Below, one piece after another: positions 28,556 to 41,577 of a stretch of 64,000 nucleotides of DNA. The stretch lies in NCBI RefSeq assembly GCF_964204645.1, contig NC_134025.1:22300299-22364298 (forward strand), in the 5' to 3' direction. Source of the stretch: Tubulanus polymorphus (lineage: Eukaryota > Animalia > Nemertea). The translations under genes were made by a program, and so were the position numbers. Below the pieces are notes generated by a model, which searched no databases, had not been told where the DNA came from, and saw only the letters and a list, made by a program, of their open reading frames with translations. How positions within the stretch are numbered: the stretch's first letter is position 1; every line of letters starts with the position of its first letter.

Positions 28556-31500
28556 ATGGGAAAGCTAAGTTTGACTTTCGCAACAATCATCACTGTGAGT
28601 AAAAGTTCTTCGCATAATTGAAACTAAGAAGCAAATATTCCAGAAATTTTACAAGAAAATACCATATATTACGTATTCAGCACACTGCTTGGTATTTTTT
28701 TCAGATCCAGTTTTTCGGATCCAGTGTCGCTATTTGGCAGGGTCGCAGCTCGACTGGGACCCCAGGTTTGTTAGTTTTAGGTTTGAGCAACGAGTATAAT
28801 GATGATAAAGATAATGATAATAATAATAACGTTTATTTATATACCACTCTCCATTGCGTATAACAGCTTTTTACATAAAATACATATATGAACAAAAAAC
28901 GATAAAAAAAAGAGTATGCCTGGTCCATTTTATCTTATGATTCATTTTTTATTACGTAGACGAATTAACTACCGATTTTGAGTTGGATAACTATAAGTGG
29001 AAATCGCGGGGAACATTACGATGGAAGAGAGGACGTTTTGGAACACCCTCTCGACACACCGGTCCAGACGGAGATCATACTAAACCGGCTGGAAATGGTA
29101 CGAACAGTTCCTAACTTCATCATCCATACACCCTTCAACTCAACATTTGAGAATATGAAGTTAACGAGATTGTTGAGTTGAAAATAAGGTTACGGTATCA
29201 CAGCGAACAGAGTTTATATTTACTCTTATTTCAGGAAGGTATGTGTACATGGAAGCTTCTTCCCCGGCAAAAGAAGGGGATCAAGCCTGGTTAGAAGCAA
29301 ATACCACATCATCATCTGACTCCTGCGTCATGAACTTTTATTATAACATGTGTGGTATAACGATGGGGAAACTAGAACTTAAACTCAACGGAAACGTTGT
29401 ATTTTCGAAATCTGGTCGTCGAAGATGTGGATGGAAACAAGGATCAGCTCCAATCGCAAAAGGAAACGCCGCAGTATGTACTCAATGCACAGCTTAGTAT
29501 TTCTTGAATTTGTTGTTTGCTTTAACCAGCAATCAAGGAAATGTATTTTGTCTGTTTTGTTTCAGATCCAGTTTGTCGCTACCCGGGGAAAGTCTTGGAA
29601 ATCCGACATAGCCATTGATGACATTTCTTTTACGGGATGCACCCTGCTACCTGTGGTACCAGGTTTGTTGGTTGCGAGTATTAGTTTATCGTGATTGAAT
29701 AGTGAAAATAGTGGTTAGAAACTGATAACTTATCACGTTTAGAAACGGATTCCTTTATCTAGCGCGTCAAGATACGATGATCAAAGTGAAGACTTGGTGC
29801 GTTTAAACTATAATCCATTTTCTATCACGTAGGACAATTGACTACCAATTTTGAGACAGATAACGGAAAGTGGAACTCGCAGGGATCAATACAATGGACG
29901 AGGCAATCAGGCGGTACAGGGTCTTCTGGCACCGGTCCAAGTGGAGACCATACAACTGGAAGTGGTATGGACAGTTTCTAACTCAAACAACATCGTCTAT
30001 ACACCCCTTACCTCCCTCGATCTTCCAGCATGTGATGTTAACGAGATCATTGAGAGGAAAATAGGTGTTCATACTATTAGGCTAAATAGCATCATGTCGA
30101 GAAGTGTTTAACATTTACTCTCATTTTAGGAAAGTATGTGTACACAGAATCTTCTGGGAAACAAGTGGGTGATCAAGCTAAGTTTGAAGCAGATACCCTA
30201 TCAATGTCTGACTCCTGCGTCATGAACTTTTATTATCACATGTATGGTTCACATATGGGAAGACTTGAAGTTAAACTCAACGGAAATGTTGTATTTTCGA
30301 AATCTGGTGATCAGGGAAATCAGTGGAACCCGGGATCTGTTACGATTGCAAAAGGAAACGCAGCGGTATGTACTCAATACTCAACATAATATTCTATTCA
30401 AAGCTTTACCAACAATGTGTCGGAGGAAATAATTTGTATGTTTTTTTTCAGATCCAGTTTGTCGCCACACGGGGTAACGGTGATAAGTCCAACATAGCTA
30501 TCGATGACGTCAGGTTTACCCCGGAATGCACTGCGACACCAGGTTTGTTAGAATTCGCGACAGAAGTAAAGTTGATCGATCGCAAATAGTGAAATATGGA
30601 GATAATCTAATAACAAATGACGTTTGAAAACACATTCCTTTATCTAACGGGTCCACAAGTATTGTATTCAATGAGTAGGAAGTACCGACGAGCCTCGTTA
30701 GTACGATGTCAGTGGTGAAATGAAAAATCATCGCACTAACCTAATTTCGCATTAACCATTTCATAAAAACAATTCCATAATTACCTCAACGGAGATTCTT
30801 AGAGAAGATTATTGCGAGTGGTCAGCGCCACCACTCAAAAAGACAACTAAAACGACGGATTGATGACGATTTGAACAGAACATTCTGTAAATTCGACCGC
30901 CAATCAAACATATCAGTACTTGCATTTCCGATTTCAAAATAAAACCTCCTGTTTCGCTACCAGCAAGCGTGGTTGGTTTGTAAGCGACTCTAAATCACAA
31001 TATACGAAACGAAATCTACCTATCAATAACAGTAACAGGGTCAATCCCTATCATTTTAAGATTAAAAAGAATAATGCGGACGAGTCGAATTTTTAATAAG
31101 GCGAGCCTCATTATGCACCATCGTACTAAGTATGTTCATTTACTATAGAAATGAATAGATCGTATATTTTACATGGTATTACGGGGAATTTCGTTCTTAA
31201 AAGGTCATCGTACTTAGCTAACATTTTTATAAGACAATTCTTTAAGAAAAGCCGGGATTCTTAAGTTCATCGTATTAGTGAGGTTATCGTTGTAAGCCGA
31301 ATCGTACTAACGAGGTTCAACTGTAATTATGTAATTTTGTTACGTAGGACAATTGACTACCGATTTTGAGACGGATAACGGACAGTGGATCTTACGGGGA
31401 ACGTTACGATGGAAGAGAGTATCAGGCAGGACAGATATTCGTGGCACCGGTCCAAGTGCAGATCATACGACTGGAAGTGGTACGAACAGATTCTAACTCA

Positions 31501-32040
31501 TTCAACATTGTCCATACACCCCTAAACTCTTTTAATCTGCGGGAATATGAAGTTAACGAGATTGATAAGTGACGAGTAGGTGGTCAAACAATTAAACAGT
31601 ATCGCGACGAACATTTTCAATATTTACTCCCATTTCAGGAACGTATATATATGTGGAAACGTCAAGCTTCAAATCTGCAGGTGATCAAGGATTGCTCGAG
31701 GCAGCTACTCAATCAGCGTCTGACTCCTGCTCCATGAACTTTTATTATAACATGAATGGTCAAACGATGGGAAAATTAGAAGTTAAACTCAACAGAGAAG
31801 TGGTATTTTCGATATCTGGTGATCAGGGAGATCAATGGAAACAGGGATCTGTTGCAATTACAAAAGGGGGCGCCATAGTACGTACTCAGTGCACATCTTA
31901 GAATGTATTTTACTTAAACCAAGAATCTGAAAAATGTATTTCGTGTCGTTTTTTTTCAGATCCAGTTTGTCGCTACCAAGGGACCCGCTTGGGAATCCGT
32001 CATAGCTATCGATGATATCTCCTTTTCGTCTAATTGCTAG
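28556..32040 (+). CDS. Secreted protein with three tandem MAM domains (11 exons)
   Basis: Signal-peptide exons at 28556-28594 and 28705-28765 (alternative in-frame ATG at 28526). Then three copies of a 3-exon unit (TTDFE...TGPxxDHT | YVYMEASS...CxMNFYYxMxGxxMGxLEVKLN...W | IQFVATRG...IAIDDISF). TAG at 32038-32040. Confidence 0.85.
30685..31323. mobile_element. Tc1/mariner (pogo/Tigger-like) MITE in a MAM-gene intron
   Basis: TA|CCGACGAGCCTCGTTAGTACGAT ... ATCGTACTAACGAGGTTCAACTG|TA: TIRs flanked by TA dinucleotides, with sub-terminal ATCGTACT repeats. Confidence 0.75.
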
Positions 32041-33593
32041 CGATCTGTCGATTCATAAGATATGTATTCAGTCCTAATTATAAACAAATACGCTAAACAA
32101 ATGCCCATGTTCTATTGTTCAATCACTGAGTCTATTCTCGATTTGCATTTAACATCCAACCCTGGACGAACTAGCAAGATAACATTACACTCCTCTAGAC
32201 GGATACCGGCGATTTCATTTTTGGCAATTCTCGACTCGTTCGATAAACTCTCTGCATGTGTTTGCCATTTCTTCGAAAACATATGTCGTATTATCGCTAA
32301 CCCTTGACGAACTGTACAGTTTCGTGGCAAACATAACTAACCTGATTTTGAAAAACTAAACACTTTGATACGTGCATCGTTGATATGTCCATTCGCCACA
32401 GAAATTCTTTCCAAAGAAAAGATGGTCGTACGCGCAGTTTGTTGCCGAGATACCGAGAAAACGTATACAAGGTAGAATTTCAAGATCCTTCTCCGACCCT
32501 TACGCCGAAGAAATCCTCGTGTAAAGAATTGAATATATAACTGAGTGGTCACAAAATGCAATGGCATTGAAACAAAGGAGTCTTGATAAACTAGATATGT
32601 TATCGAAGTAAACATACATGACGTACTGGGTTAGAGACCTAGTCTTCCGTTTGGATCTTGCTGTCTCGATATGATACAATGGATATTCCTGGCCACGTAC
32701 ATTGTCTAATCTTAATAAACGATACAGTCGAACGATTCTGCTCACAACGTAAACCTCAGTAATACGGTGAATTTAAGAATTTCCGGCTTTTCTTATAGCA
32801 TTTTCATATAGAAAAATGTTTGTGTGGGCTGCACTGCCACTTATGAGGACCAGGTCCGTAAGAGAAGAGAGTAAACCGGGAGAACACGTCTTTACTGTAT
32901 CAGCATCATAAGACAACTAACTTTATTTCCCATAATTTAAACTACACTAAAAAGAGTATATGTGGTCAAGTAATTACATAGATCCATCATCTTGACAGCT
33001 GCGGTTCAAAGACTACTTCAAAGAATACTTCGGCTATTTCCGACACTGCCGGGCGGCAAAGGTGTGGTTTAGCATGTCAAGTCTGGTAGTAAAGTAAACA
33101 AAGTACATAAGTAAATTTAGCAAATACGAGGAAAATTAAAAGTAATTAAAACGTTATACATGAATTCGAAGAAGGCAAATTTAAGTAAGTGAGTATAATG
33201 ATAAGCGATCGTCTAATTTGAATTTCTAACAGGCATTGCGTTGTGTTTGTAACATATTTGATATAATTATGAATTCTAAAATCATATTAGTTTAATGTAA
33301 TCATCATTTAAACATTAATCTACATTTCCTACATTCATTGATTAACATAGTTCATAGAAATGTAATTTATGAAAGCATATTGAAGAAATTGATAAGCATT
33401 TAAATACATGTAGCGGTATATAAAATCATACGTAATTGAGAATTTCAGCAAATTAAGGTTATAGGCGTAAACAGTAAACATTTTAACGAGTCATTAATTA
33501 CAGTCATTAGTTTCATAGAATGAAAATACCATTCTTCGTTAAAAATACCATTCTTCGTTCGATGATCCTCCAGCCGCGAAGGGAATAAACGCA

Positions 33594-35785
33594 TTAAAGT
33601 AAACAGTCATTCAAAACACACGCGCGCGGAGTGACCACGAAGGTCAACGTAAATGTAAACATAAACACGCAGAAAGTTTTGTAACGGGAAATAGTTGTAT
33701 ATACGTACGCAAATAGTTTGTAACACGATAAAACGATGAAGTTCATTTCAAAATATCGGCGGTCCATCGTTTCAAATTTTCTCTCGCAGCGACCGCGGAA
33801 CGTCATTTTGGGAGAGAATTGACGGTCTATTTCGATTTCGCGCCTTACGCGATGTAAATCGGTTTCGAGGACTCTCCATTGCATTTCGAGTTCATCATTA
33901 AGCAGTTCGTCCCATTTAAGATCATTAAGCCACAATTGTTGAATAAATATTTTGGAACTTACATGAACGGGCGACAGATATCCTAGCGGATCGTATAAAT
34001 TCGATACAGATTTAACCACTTCACGCTTTGTGGCGATATTCGCGGGTTTCTGGCCTTGTTTATATTTCAGAGTATCATCTGTTATGTTCCAAATCATACC
34101 GAGATTGCTAACTTCTTCATTTCGATTTAGGGTATTGTTAGTTTCCGCTAATTCGCGTAGAGCGGTGCTGTTGCTTGTCCATTCACATAAATCAAATCCA
34201 CCATCGGACATAATTTTAACTGATTCGCGATAATAATCAAGAGCTTCGGATTCATTTTCAACGGAGGTTATAACATTATCCAAATAGATTTTGGCCTTTA
34301 AATCTGAGGCGACGGGTGAATCATACTGTTCGAGGTGTAATTTCACAACGGCATTGAGAATAAAAGGAGAACACGCGGCTCCAAACAAAACAGATTTAAA
34401 ACGGTATACGATGAAATCACTGTCGGGGTCGCTTGGATCACATAGCCAGAAAAACTTTGTGTATTCGCGATCACGTGTATCAAGTTTGACCATCAGGAAC
34501 GCCTTCTCGATATCGGACGATAAGGCCACGTGACCTGTACGTTGCTGTAGTAGGATGGCCGCTAGATCATTCAGGAGGCGGGGTCCTGTTTCTAGGCAGT
34601 CGTTGATGCTCGGATCAACGCCGGATTGGCGGCAACTACAATCGTAGACTATTCTAATCGGCGTGGTCTTCGAATCCTTTTTCACGGAATGATGGGGCAG
34701 ATAATGACCACGTGTTTCATCGTCGTCGTGTACGCGCTCTATGAAGTCGCGGGAAAGTTGATCCTCGATTATTCGGTTATAAACGTATCTGGTTTCGCTG
34801 ATTACGCGCTTCGTGAAATATTTATAGGTGTACTGTAAGACCAGATTGATCTGGTTCGCCTTTTAACAATGTTCAGATTTGTTGGGAGAGGATCGTGATG
34901 AGATTTCCATGGTAGTTTAGCGATATAACTATTCTCTGATTTCGTCAGGTAGTTTTCACGGTAGTCGTCGAACGTGATTGTTTTTTCGGTGTTGTTTTCC
35001 GACGATTTAATACCCAGAGTCTCGATATCCCAGAACTTATTGAGTTCGTCGCTTTCGCGTCGATAATCAGTTTTAACGAACATAGCTCGTTGCAAATTGT
35101 GTTTCGTTTGTCCGACGATCGGGCCAGATAACAGGTAGCCCAATTTTGAAGCAACGGCAGTCGGACCATTTCCGCGAACAGTTTCGTTTTCAACCAATTG
35201 CCAATAGTAATCAGCGCCAATCAAAATTGATAAATCGTAGGAGTAATCGGTGTAAGTAAGCGGGTGCGCTAATTGCAATCCATTCAAGTAATCGAGATTC
35301 TTCAGATTGTAACTATATGTTTGCATCGGAGACGAAATCGCATCGGTGACAAGAGCTTTTAAGTCCAGAATTGAGCCATTTTTTGTTTTCAATTTTACGG
35401 TGACCTGATCAAACAGTCTGCTACAAGGCGCGGTATCACCAAAGACGGCGAGATTGATGTCTTCTGATGAGTCGATTTTTAGACATAGTTTATCAGCCAT
35501 GTCACGGGTAATGAAAGTCTTGGTGGAACCTTCATCAAACAAGATGAACGCCTGTTCGAAATGGTCATCGTTACGATGGGCGACATCTGCTACTGCAGTT
35601 TTTAACAGTACCGGTCCAGCTGTTCGTATATTGGTATTTCTTTCGGTCAGAATTGATTGATGACTCTCGGTTTTTCGGTCGGTTTCTCTCGGGTTGTTGA
35701 AAACCTCATGTAGAAGAGTATGATGTTTTTTACTTTGGCACTTCCTGCATGAGAAATTCGATCTGCACTCATTTAACTTGTGCAT
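33594..35785 (-). pseudogene. BEL/Pao gag C-terminus, aspartic protease, reverse transcriptase and partial RNase H region (frameshifted, integrase deleted)
   Basis: ORFs 34802-35785 and 33594-34685. Frame disruption near 34810-34850; the coding signal jumps to the Pol C-terminus near 33810. Confidence 0.85.
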
Positions 35786-35786
35786 C

Positions 35787-36342
35787 TGTTGTGGGGTTGC
35801 TTTCGGTTCTCCAACAATGTTGTGGAGTTGAGTTTCTCAACCAATTGTTGTGGGGGCCACGTTGCGTTCTCCCCTCGTGTTGTCGTTGTTGGTTCCGATT
35901 AATCCGATAAGTGATATCCCTCTGACTCCGGAATAATAACAACTCTTCTCGTGGGTCTACGTTCTTTCTTTATTTTCCCGCACAATTCTTATTCCTTCCT
36001 ACAGCTCGTATTTTTAGACTTCTCCGCCACTCTAGCATCTCTCTCCCCCTTACTGTGCTGACCCTCCCTTTTTATCTTATTTCATGTTACTCGTGACGTA
36101 TACTTCTACATATGTTATACGTCACGAGTTTATTACTTGTTTACTTCCTAGCCATACCAGAGCTCAAGGCTGCCGCTATAACCAGCAACCCTACGCAGAT
36201 ACTCACGTCACTTTCACCTATCTTCTATTCAGTGTCTTATGTGCGACGTAAGCATCTACGTAGGTTGTTTACTAACTTCAGCCACTGCCCTGAACTCTGG
36301 CTTCCCTCCCTCTATGCAAACTACTAATTTATCACCCCAATA
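35787..36342 (-). repeat. 3' LTR of the nested element
   Basis: Adjacent to the PPT; copy of 39282-39837. Confidence 0.9.
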
Positions 36343-39281
36343 CTATCCTCCTCCCCAGACGATTGGTCCCCAATCGCCAAAAATTCACAAGACCCTATTG
36401 TAGTTTCCCAAAAAAAAAAATCTTTTCAAAAGTGCACAGGCTTCAGAACATCATTTATAAACAACATCTCTTACAACTCAAAGCCAGCCGCAGGGTAATG
36501 AAAATAACACAAAACCTTCAGAACATCAAGACTAATGATACACAACCACCATTCCGTACATCAATTTACAACACCTGTAAAGTAGCCATAAATCACAATT
36601 TCTGACCCTTTCCCCTATTATCCCATCCCGCATAACTTCTACCTAAACTAAGCAACACACCCCACTCATCATCAGTTCATCTTATTCATCAACGAGACCT
36701 ACATGGACCTCATAGAATTTTACGATAAGCCAAAAAAATTTCTAAATACTTATAAACTTAACACACGAACTTTATCTAAGGAAAAGCAATCATCTACAAA
36801 TATCAAATATGAGACTCTTTTCATCAGTAATATATAACAATTATGAGGCATGTACATCTGTATATTAATCTTACATTTAATGAGAACAAGCCTATACAAT
36901 TGTAGTCATGCAAAAAAAAACATATCAAACACAACTTCCCAAATAGCTTTCATAGACAATCACCCATTTCTCTATATCCACATTTATGTAGTCTAATAAT
37001 TTAACAATATATGACCAACCACTTCAACTTTCTGACTCTTTTCGTTCTCGTTATCTTTACCAAAAAAATAATCAGTGTGTGCAGCCTAATTTGTCTTTAA
37101 AATTACCATTGCAAACACGTCAATTTCCCACTGTCCAAACTATCAGCCGTTACCTTTACCGATATCAGATGATTTGTCAAACCTGTCCCGACCCCAATCA
37201 ACGACGTAAATTAATACAGATGCCAGATACATCATTTAGTTGATTATTATGTGCCCAGCACACGTTGGCAACAGACATGCTCAACAATGAATTCACAAAC
37301 AATTTCATAATAATTTTTCTATGTGTACGTAACATAAAGGTAAGCCAAAACATACCAAAAATGAATATACCACATGCGTACATTCGCATTATTGAGATGT
37401 CAGCTGCTAGTCCCCACCCATTGCCTCAGAAAGCACATTTATCCGTAGTCTAGGCAGGGATAACATGAACTGCTATTTGCGGCTTGGAACCGTTGAAATA
37501 GACAGGCAGGCCGCCATATATTTATGGAAGGATGTCATAAAGTGACCACAAAACTCATTAAGATGCATCACCCAAAAGTTAGGGAAAATTCCTCTGGACA
37601 CTACTCATTCAGTGCCATTCAAACAGCCGATTCTCAAAAATTAACTTTAACTCCTGGGCCTATGGTCTTCCAAACCACCCACATCTGATATTCCAATTGT
37701 TCTAATTCCTTCCCGCAAATCAGGGGATATAACCCCACATGTAAAACGGCCGACGCCTCATCCTGTATATAAACCGGTCAAGACGGACTGAAAGTTCGGA
37801 AAAAAAACATAGCGCTCACACATCCCTGCAATCTACGACCATTCAGTTAAGATACCCAATCTACCGAATAATACTTATCATACTTATTGTATTACGCAAT
37901 GAGCAACCCTTTACTTCTAAAAAACCAATCCCCTGAATGGCCATTTCAGCATACCTAACAAATAGCTGTATCGTGACATTTCTCATTTCCGTATCATCCC
38001 CCATGTCACGCCTTACCGGAGTAAAATAAAATCAATGGATAAATAGGGAACCGGCCGACGAATCACCCATTTGGTATTTCTTGATATTCGACCCTAATAA
38101 TGTCCAACATATATATCCAATCTTTCCCAGAGGCTAGCCATTAAACATTATACTGTTTCAAAGGATCTTCAGAATGAATCCTTCGGGCTATAATCCCCCG
38201 TTTTATTCCGGACCATCCCTAGAGCATCCCTTACTCTTCATCCAGGTCCCTGGTCCACCTTAATTCATCTCATATAAACTACTCTATTCAAACCCCCTCC
38301 GGTAAGATTCACCACTGAGCGCCCAATCTAACCTTTGCACAATAAACATATTCTATACTAACTCGCGATACTCATTATATTTCTTAAAACCACATAAACA
38401 CCACAGTTATTTGTTAGGTATATACAGGCAGTGAGCGCTTTCAACTATCGTTACACTGATAACCGAGTGGCTTACCTAGACTAATAAATCATTCTTTCGC
38501 GAAATACCATCCAGCAAATTTAGCAAACTATAAAAGATTTACGTAGTACATATTTATATCTACGTAGATACAATAACCCAGCACACAAGCAACTTAAAAA
38601 CGCTGAGTATCATTCTACAAAAGCAATCAAAACATGCAGAAATACATATCATATTATTTACAATTACTATAAGCCGCAATCGTAGTCCGTTGAACGTCTC
38701 CAAGGTCGATTTCCCGTAGCAGATCTATGAACTGTCCGATGATGAAATGCGTTTGTATAATGCCTCTAATACTCTACTGTTTTTCATTTATCGCGCTATG
38801 ATCGCAGAATCACTTCGTTTCCGAACGCCATTATGTCCGTTAATTCACACGAATCTAAATTCGGAGTCGTAAATTCAATTTGCTGCCATGTAAAACGTAG
38901 TGTCCAAAACACGATCTTACGAAAACGCCACACCAAATCGGATAATTCAATTAATTTAAATATGGAAAGAAACAACTACTTTCCGCACTGGAAGCTCTAT
39001 AATTCATTTCAACTAAATCTGACGATATGAAGATTACATATTTCTCGAATAAGACAAACAAACAGCTATTAAATCCAGACGGGAATGATTTTTATACACA
39101 GATCGAGTTATCCGCAATATTTCAACTTAACCCGCGGTAGCGGCCCGTATTTCATATAATTATAACGGTTACGGAATGTAACGTTCATCTTACACTTTTA
39201 CTTCACCCCTGCTCTCACTCACCAAATATACACGATCGCTTGGCAGCGAGAGGTGCAGGATACACCACTGTTCTCCACCAA

Positions 39282-39837
39282 TGTTGTGGGGTTGCTTTCG
39301 GTTCTCCAACAATGTTGTGGAGTTGAGTTTCTCAACCAATTGTTGTGGGGGCCACGTTGCGTTCTCCCCTCGTGTTGTCGTTGTTGGTTCCGATTAATCC
39401 GATAAGTGATATCCCTCTGACTCCGGAATAATAACAACTCTTCTCGTGGGTCTACGTTCTTTCTTTATTTTCCCGCACAATTCTTATTCCTTCCTACAGC
39501 TCGTATTTTTAGACTTCTCCGCCACTCTAGCATCTCTCTCCCCCTTACTGTGCTGACCCTCCCTTTTTATCTTATTTCATGTTACTCGTGACGTATACTT
39601 CTACATATGTTATACGTCACGAGTTTATTACTTGTTTACTTCCTAGCCATACCAGAGCTCAAGGCTGCCGCTATAACCAGCAACCCTACGCAGATACTCA
39701 CGTCACTTTCACCTATCTTCTATTCAGTGTCTTATGTGCGACGTAAGCATCTACGTAGGTTGTTTACTAACTTCAGCCACTGCCCTGAACTCTGGCTTCC
39801 CTCCCTCTATGCAAACTACTAATTTATCACCCCAATA
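39282..39837 (-). repeat. 5' LTR of the nested element
   Basis: Adjacent to the tRNA-Ala-type PBS; copy of 35787-36342. Confidence 0.9.
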
Positions 39838-41020
39838 CATCCCAAAGCAATTAAAACATCTTCGCGCGGTTTTTATGATTTCGAGTCGTTTTGTCGGATC
39901 GGTAACGACGGTACAATCCCTGGCTTCGTGTGGTCTTCCGCAAAATAAGCATTTCCTTTCGCACCGAAATTGTTGCCTATTTCTAGGTTCGGTGCGATTT
40001 CGTTGATGACCACGGGTGAAGAGTGAAGTTTGATACGGTTGTAAATCGTGTGTTGCGTGGTCACCCATTCCAATTTCAAGTGCTTCAATTTCTCGACGGA
40101 TAGAATTTCGTAGAGAAGTAAATTTCCACTCCTCTGACGGCGGTTGGTTTCGAGCGATTTGAGTTCGTACTTCGAGCGGAAGTTTGTTCATTATCATCGG
40201 TATGAGTAGCGAGCCGTACGATTCCTCGCTTGTCCCTAAAGCCTGAAGCCCGCGCACGTGACTTTCGATGGTATCGTAGAAGTTTCTCAAACTATCCACC
40301 TCGTAACGCGGTTGTTTCAATTCTAATAGTGCGGACATATAAGCATTCGTGATTTTTTGTTTTTGTCCGTACCTTTCCTTTAGTAAGTCCATAGCGTGTC
40401 CGTAGTTGTTGTTCGTGAGACTTAATCCTTCGATGGTTTTCAGAGCTTCGCCGTGCAATTGACACTGTAGATACTGGAACTTTTGGATCGGTGAAATGCT
40501 GTTATTTTGATCGACAGCGGAATTAAATGCATCAATGAAAGTTATCCAATTTAGTACATTCCCATCGAAATTCGGTAGTACTAATTTCGGTAAATTAGTA
40601 CCTCTCTGGTTCGTAGTTTGCGGCGGTGCGGGTGGCGCGTGATTTTCGTTCGTGTTGTCGTCTGAATCAGTCGGCGGAAGATTCTGAGTGACTGAAGCGC
40701 TGATCGGTTGAGCTACGGCTGAGATTGTCTCTTCTTTCGGTTGTTTCGTGAGTTTTTTGCGCCAGCATTCCATGATAAGTAATCTCTCTTCAGCTTGTTC
40801 CACGAAATCTTCAGCTTCCGCCATAGCAATTTCGAGTTCGTTTTCATCGGTCGAATCGATGATAGTTTGATCGAGTTCAATGATCGTTTGAATCTTCGTT
40901 TTTATTTTCGCTGTTTTCCGTTCGGCCAATGCCTGAAGTTCGTCACCTTGTAATTTGGTTTCGATTTTAAGCTGTTCAAAACCGTCGAGTAATTTCACGA
41001 GTTGGCTCCGGTGCGAGCGT
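39838..41020 (-). pseudogene. BEL/Pao gag N-terminal part (5'-truncated)
   Basis: ORF 39751-40998. RRCFNCFGM joins HKLNECRSNFSCRKC (35785) once the nested element and one TSD copy are removed. The frame stays open to ~41020 (RSHRSQLVKLL) with no ATG. Confidence 0.88.
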
Positions 41021-41106
41021 CAGTAATTGGAAAAGTGGGCTTTCAGATCAGAGGTCAAGAGGTCGAGACACCACTCATCACCACAAGTAATTTGTTTTCC
41101 TTATAA

Positions 41107-41433
41107 ATGGGAGATAGAAAAGCATTCTTAGCAACAATAAATAACAGAATAAAACCAGCAAAAAAACAATTTGAAATAAAAAAGTTAGTTGATGTTACAA
41201 AAGAAATTGAACATAAAATATTGAAATTAGAAAAGATAAAAACTAAATATGGAGAGAAAGTATCAGCTAATTTAAGCTACTGCAATGTTAGTACATCGCG
41301 AGAATTTAAAGTATTTTTACCTGATAAATGGGTTTCATTGAGTACAGAGGAATTAAAAGATTTAGAAGGATTTAAAATAATCTATCATGGAAAAAATGAA
41401 GATGGCCATCATGATTTAGAAATTGTTGATTAA
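41107..41433 (+). CDS. Polinton hypothetical protein (108 aa)
   Basis: Clean ORF starting at TAAATG, with element-like codon composition. Confidence 0.6.
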   Translation: MGDRKAFLATINNRIKPAKKQFEIKKLVDVTKEIEHKILKLEKIKTKYGEKVSANLSYCNVSTSREFKVFLPDKWVSLSTEELKDLEGFKIIYHGKNEDGHHDLEIVD

Positions 41434-41577
41434 ATTTAAAAAAATAAATTAATAAAAATATCTAGAATCCGAAATGACTTATCTGGACAATTTAATTGCT
41501 CCGCATAGATAGACAAAAGTAGTGAGATATTCAATTAATATTCAATTAATTAAAAAAATTTTTTTTTTGCTTTTTTT

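Larger units (their letters stand above)
35787..39837 (-). mobile_element. Non-autonomous (LARD-like) LTR retroelement with 556-bp LTRs, inserted in BEL gag
   Basis: Direct repeats 35787-36342 and 39282-39837 (identical where compared; they yield identical 71-aa spurious ORFs). 4-bp TSD CATC at 35783-35786 and 39838-39841. Primer binding site (PBS) TGGTGGAGAA at 39280-39271; PPT GGGGAGGAGGA at 36356-36346. No long internal ORF. Confidence 0.92.
32821..41020 (-). mobile_element. Decayed BEL/Pao LTR retrotransposon (5' end missing, internal deletion, interrupted by a nested LTR element)
   Basis: Gag (LPKLVLPNFDG...KFQYL, Cys/His knuckles), protease (LFDEGS), RT (SDIEKAFL, YLDN) and Pao-type TKREVVKSVSNLYDPLG. 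A Pol C-terminal remnant RSAVAARENLKRWTADILK* lies near 33800-33746, a GGAGGA polypurine tract (PPT)-like run near 33570, and a probable 3' LTR at ~33566-32821 (boundaries approximate). Confidence 0.85.

Noticed and set aside
36112-36327. Identical 71-aa ORFs with a signal-peptide-like start at 36112 and 39607
   Set aside because: They lie within the two LTR copies, antisense to the element. Their identity reflects LTR duplication, not a gene.
37198-37389. Hydrophobic ORF in the nested LTR element as a possible env
   Set aside because: Too short and surrounded by stops; at best a decayed remnant that cannot be assigned by eye.
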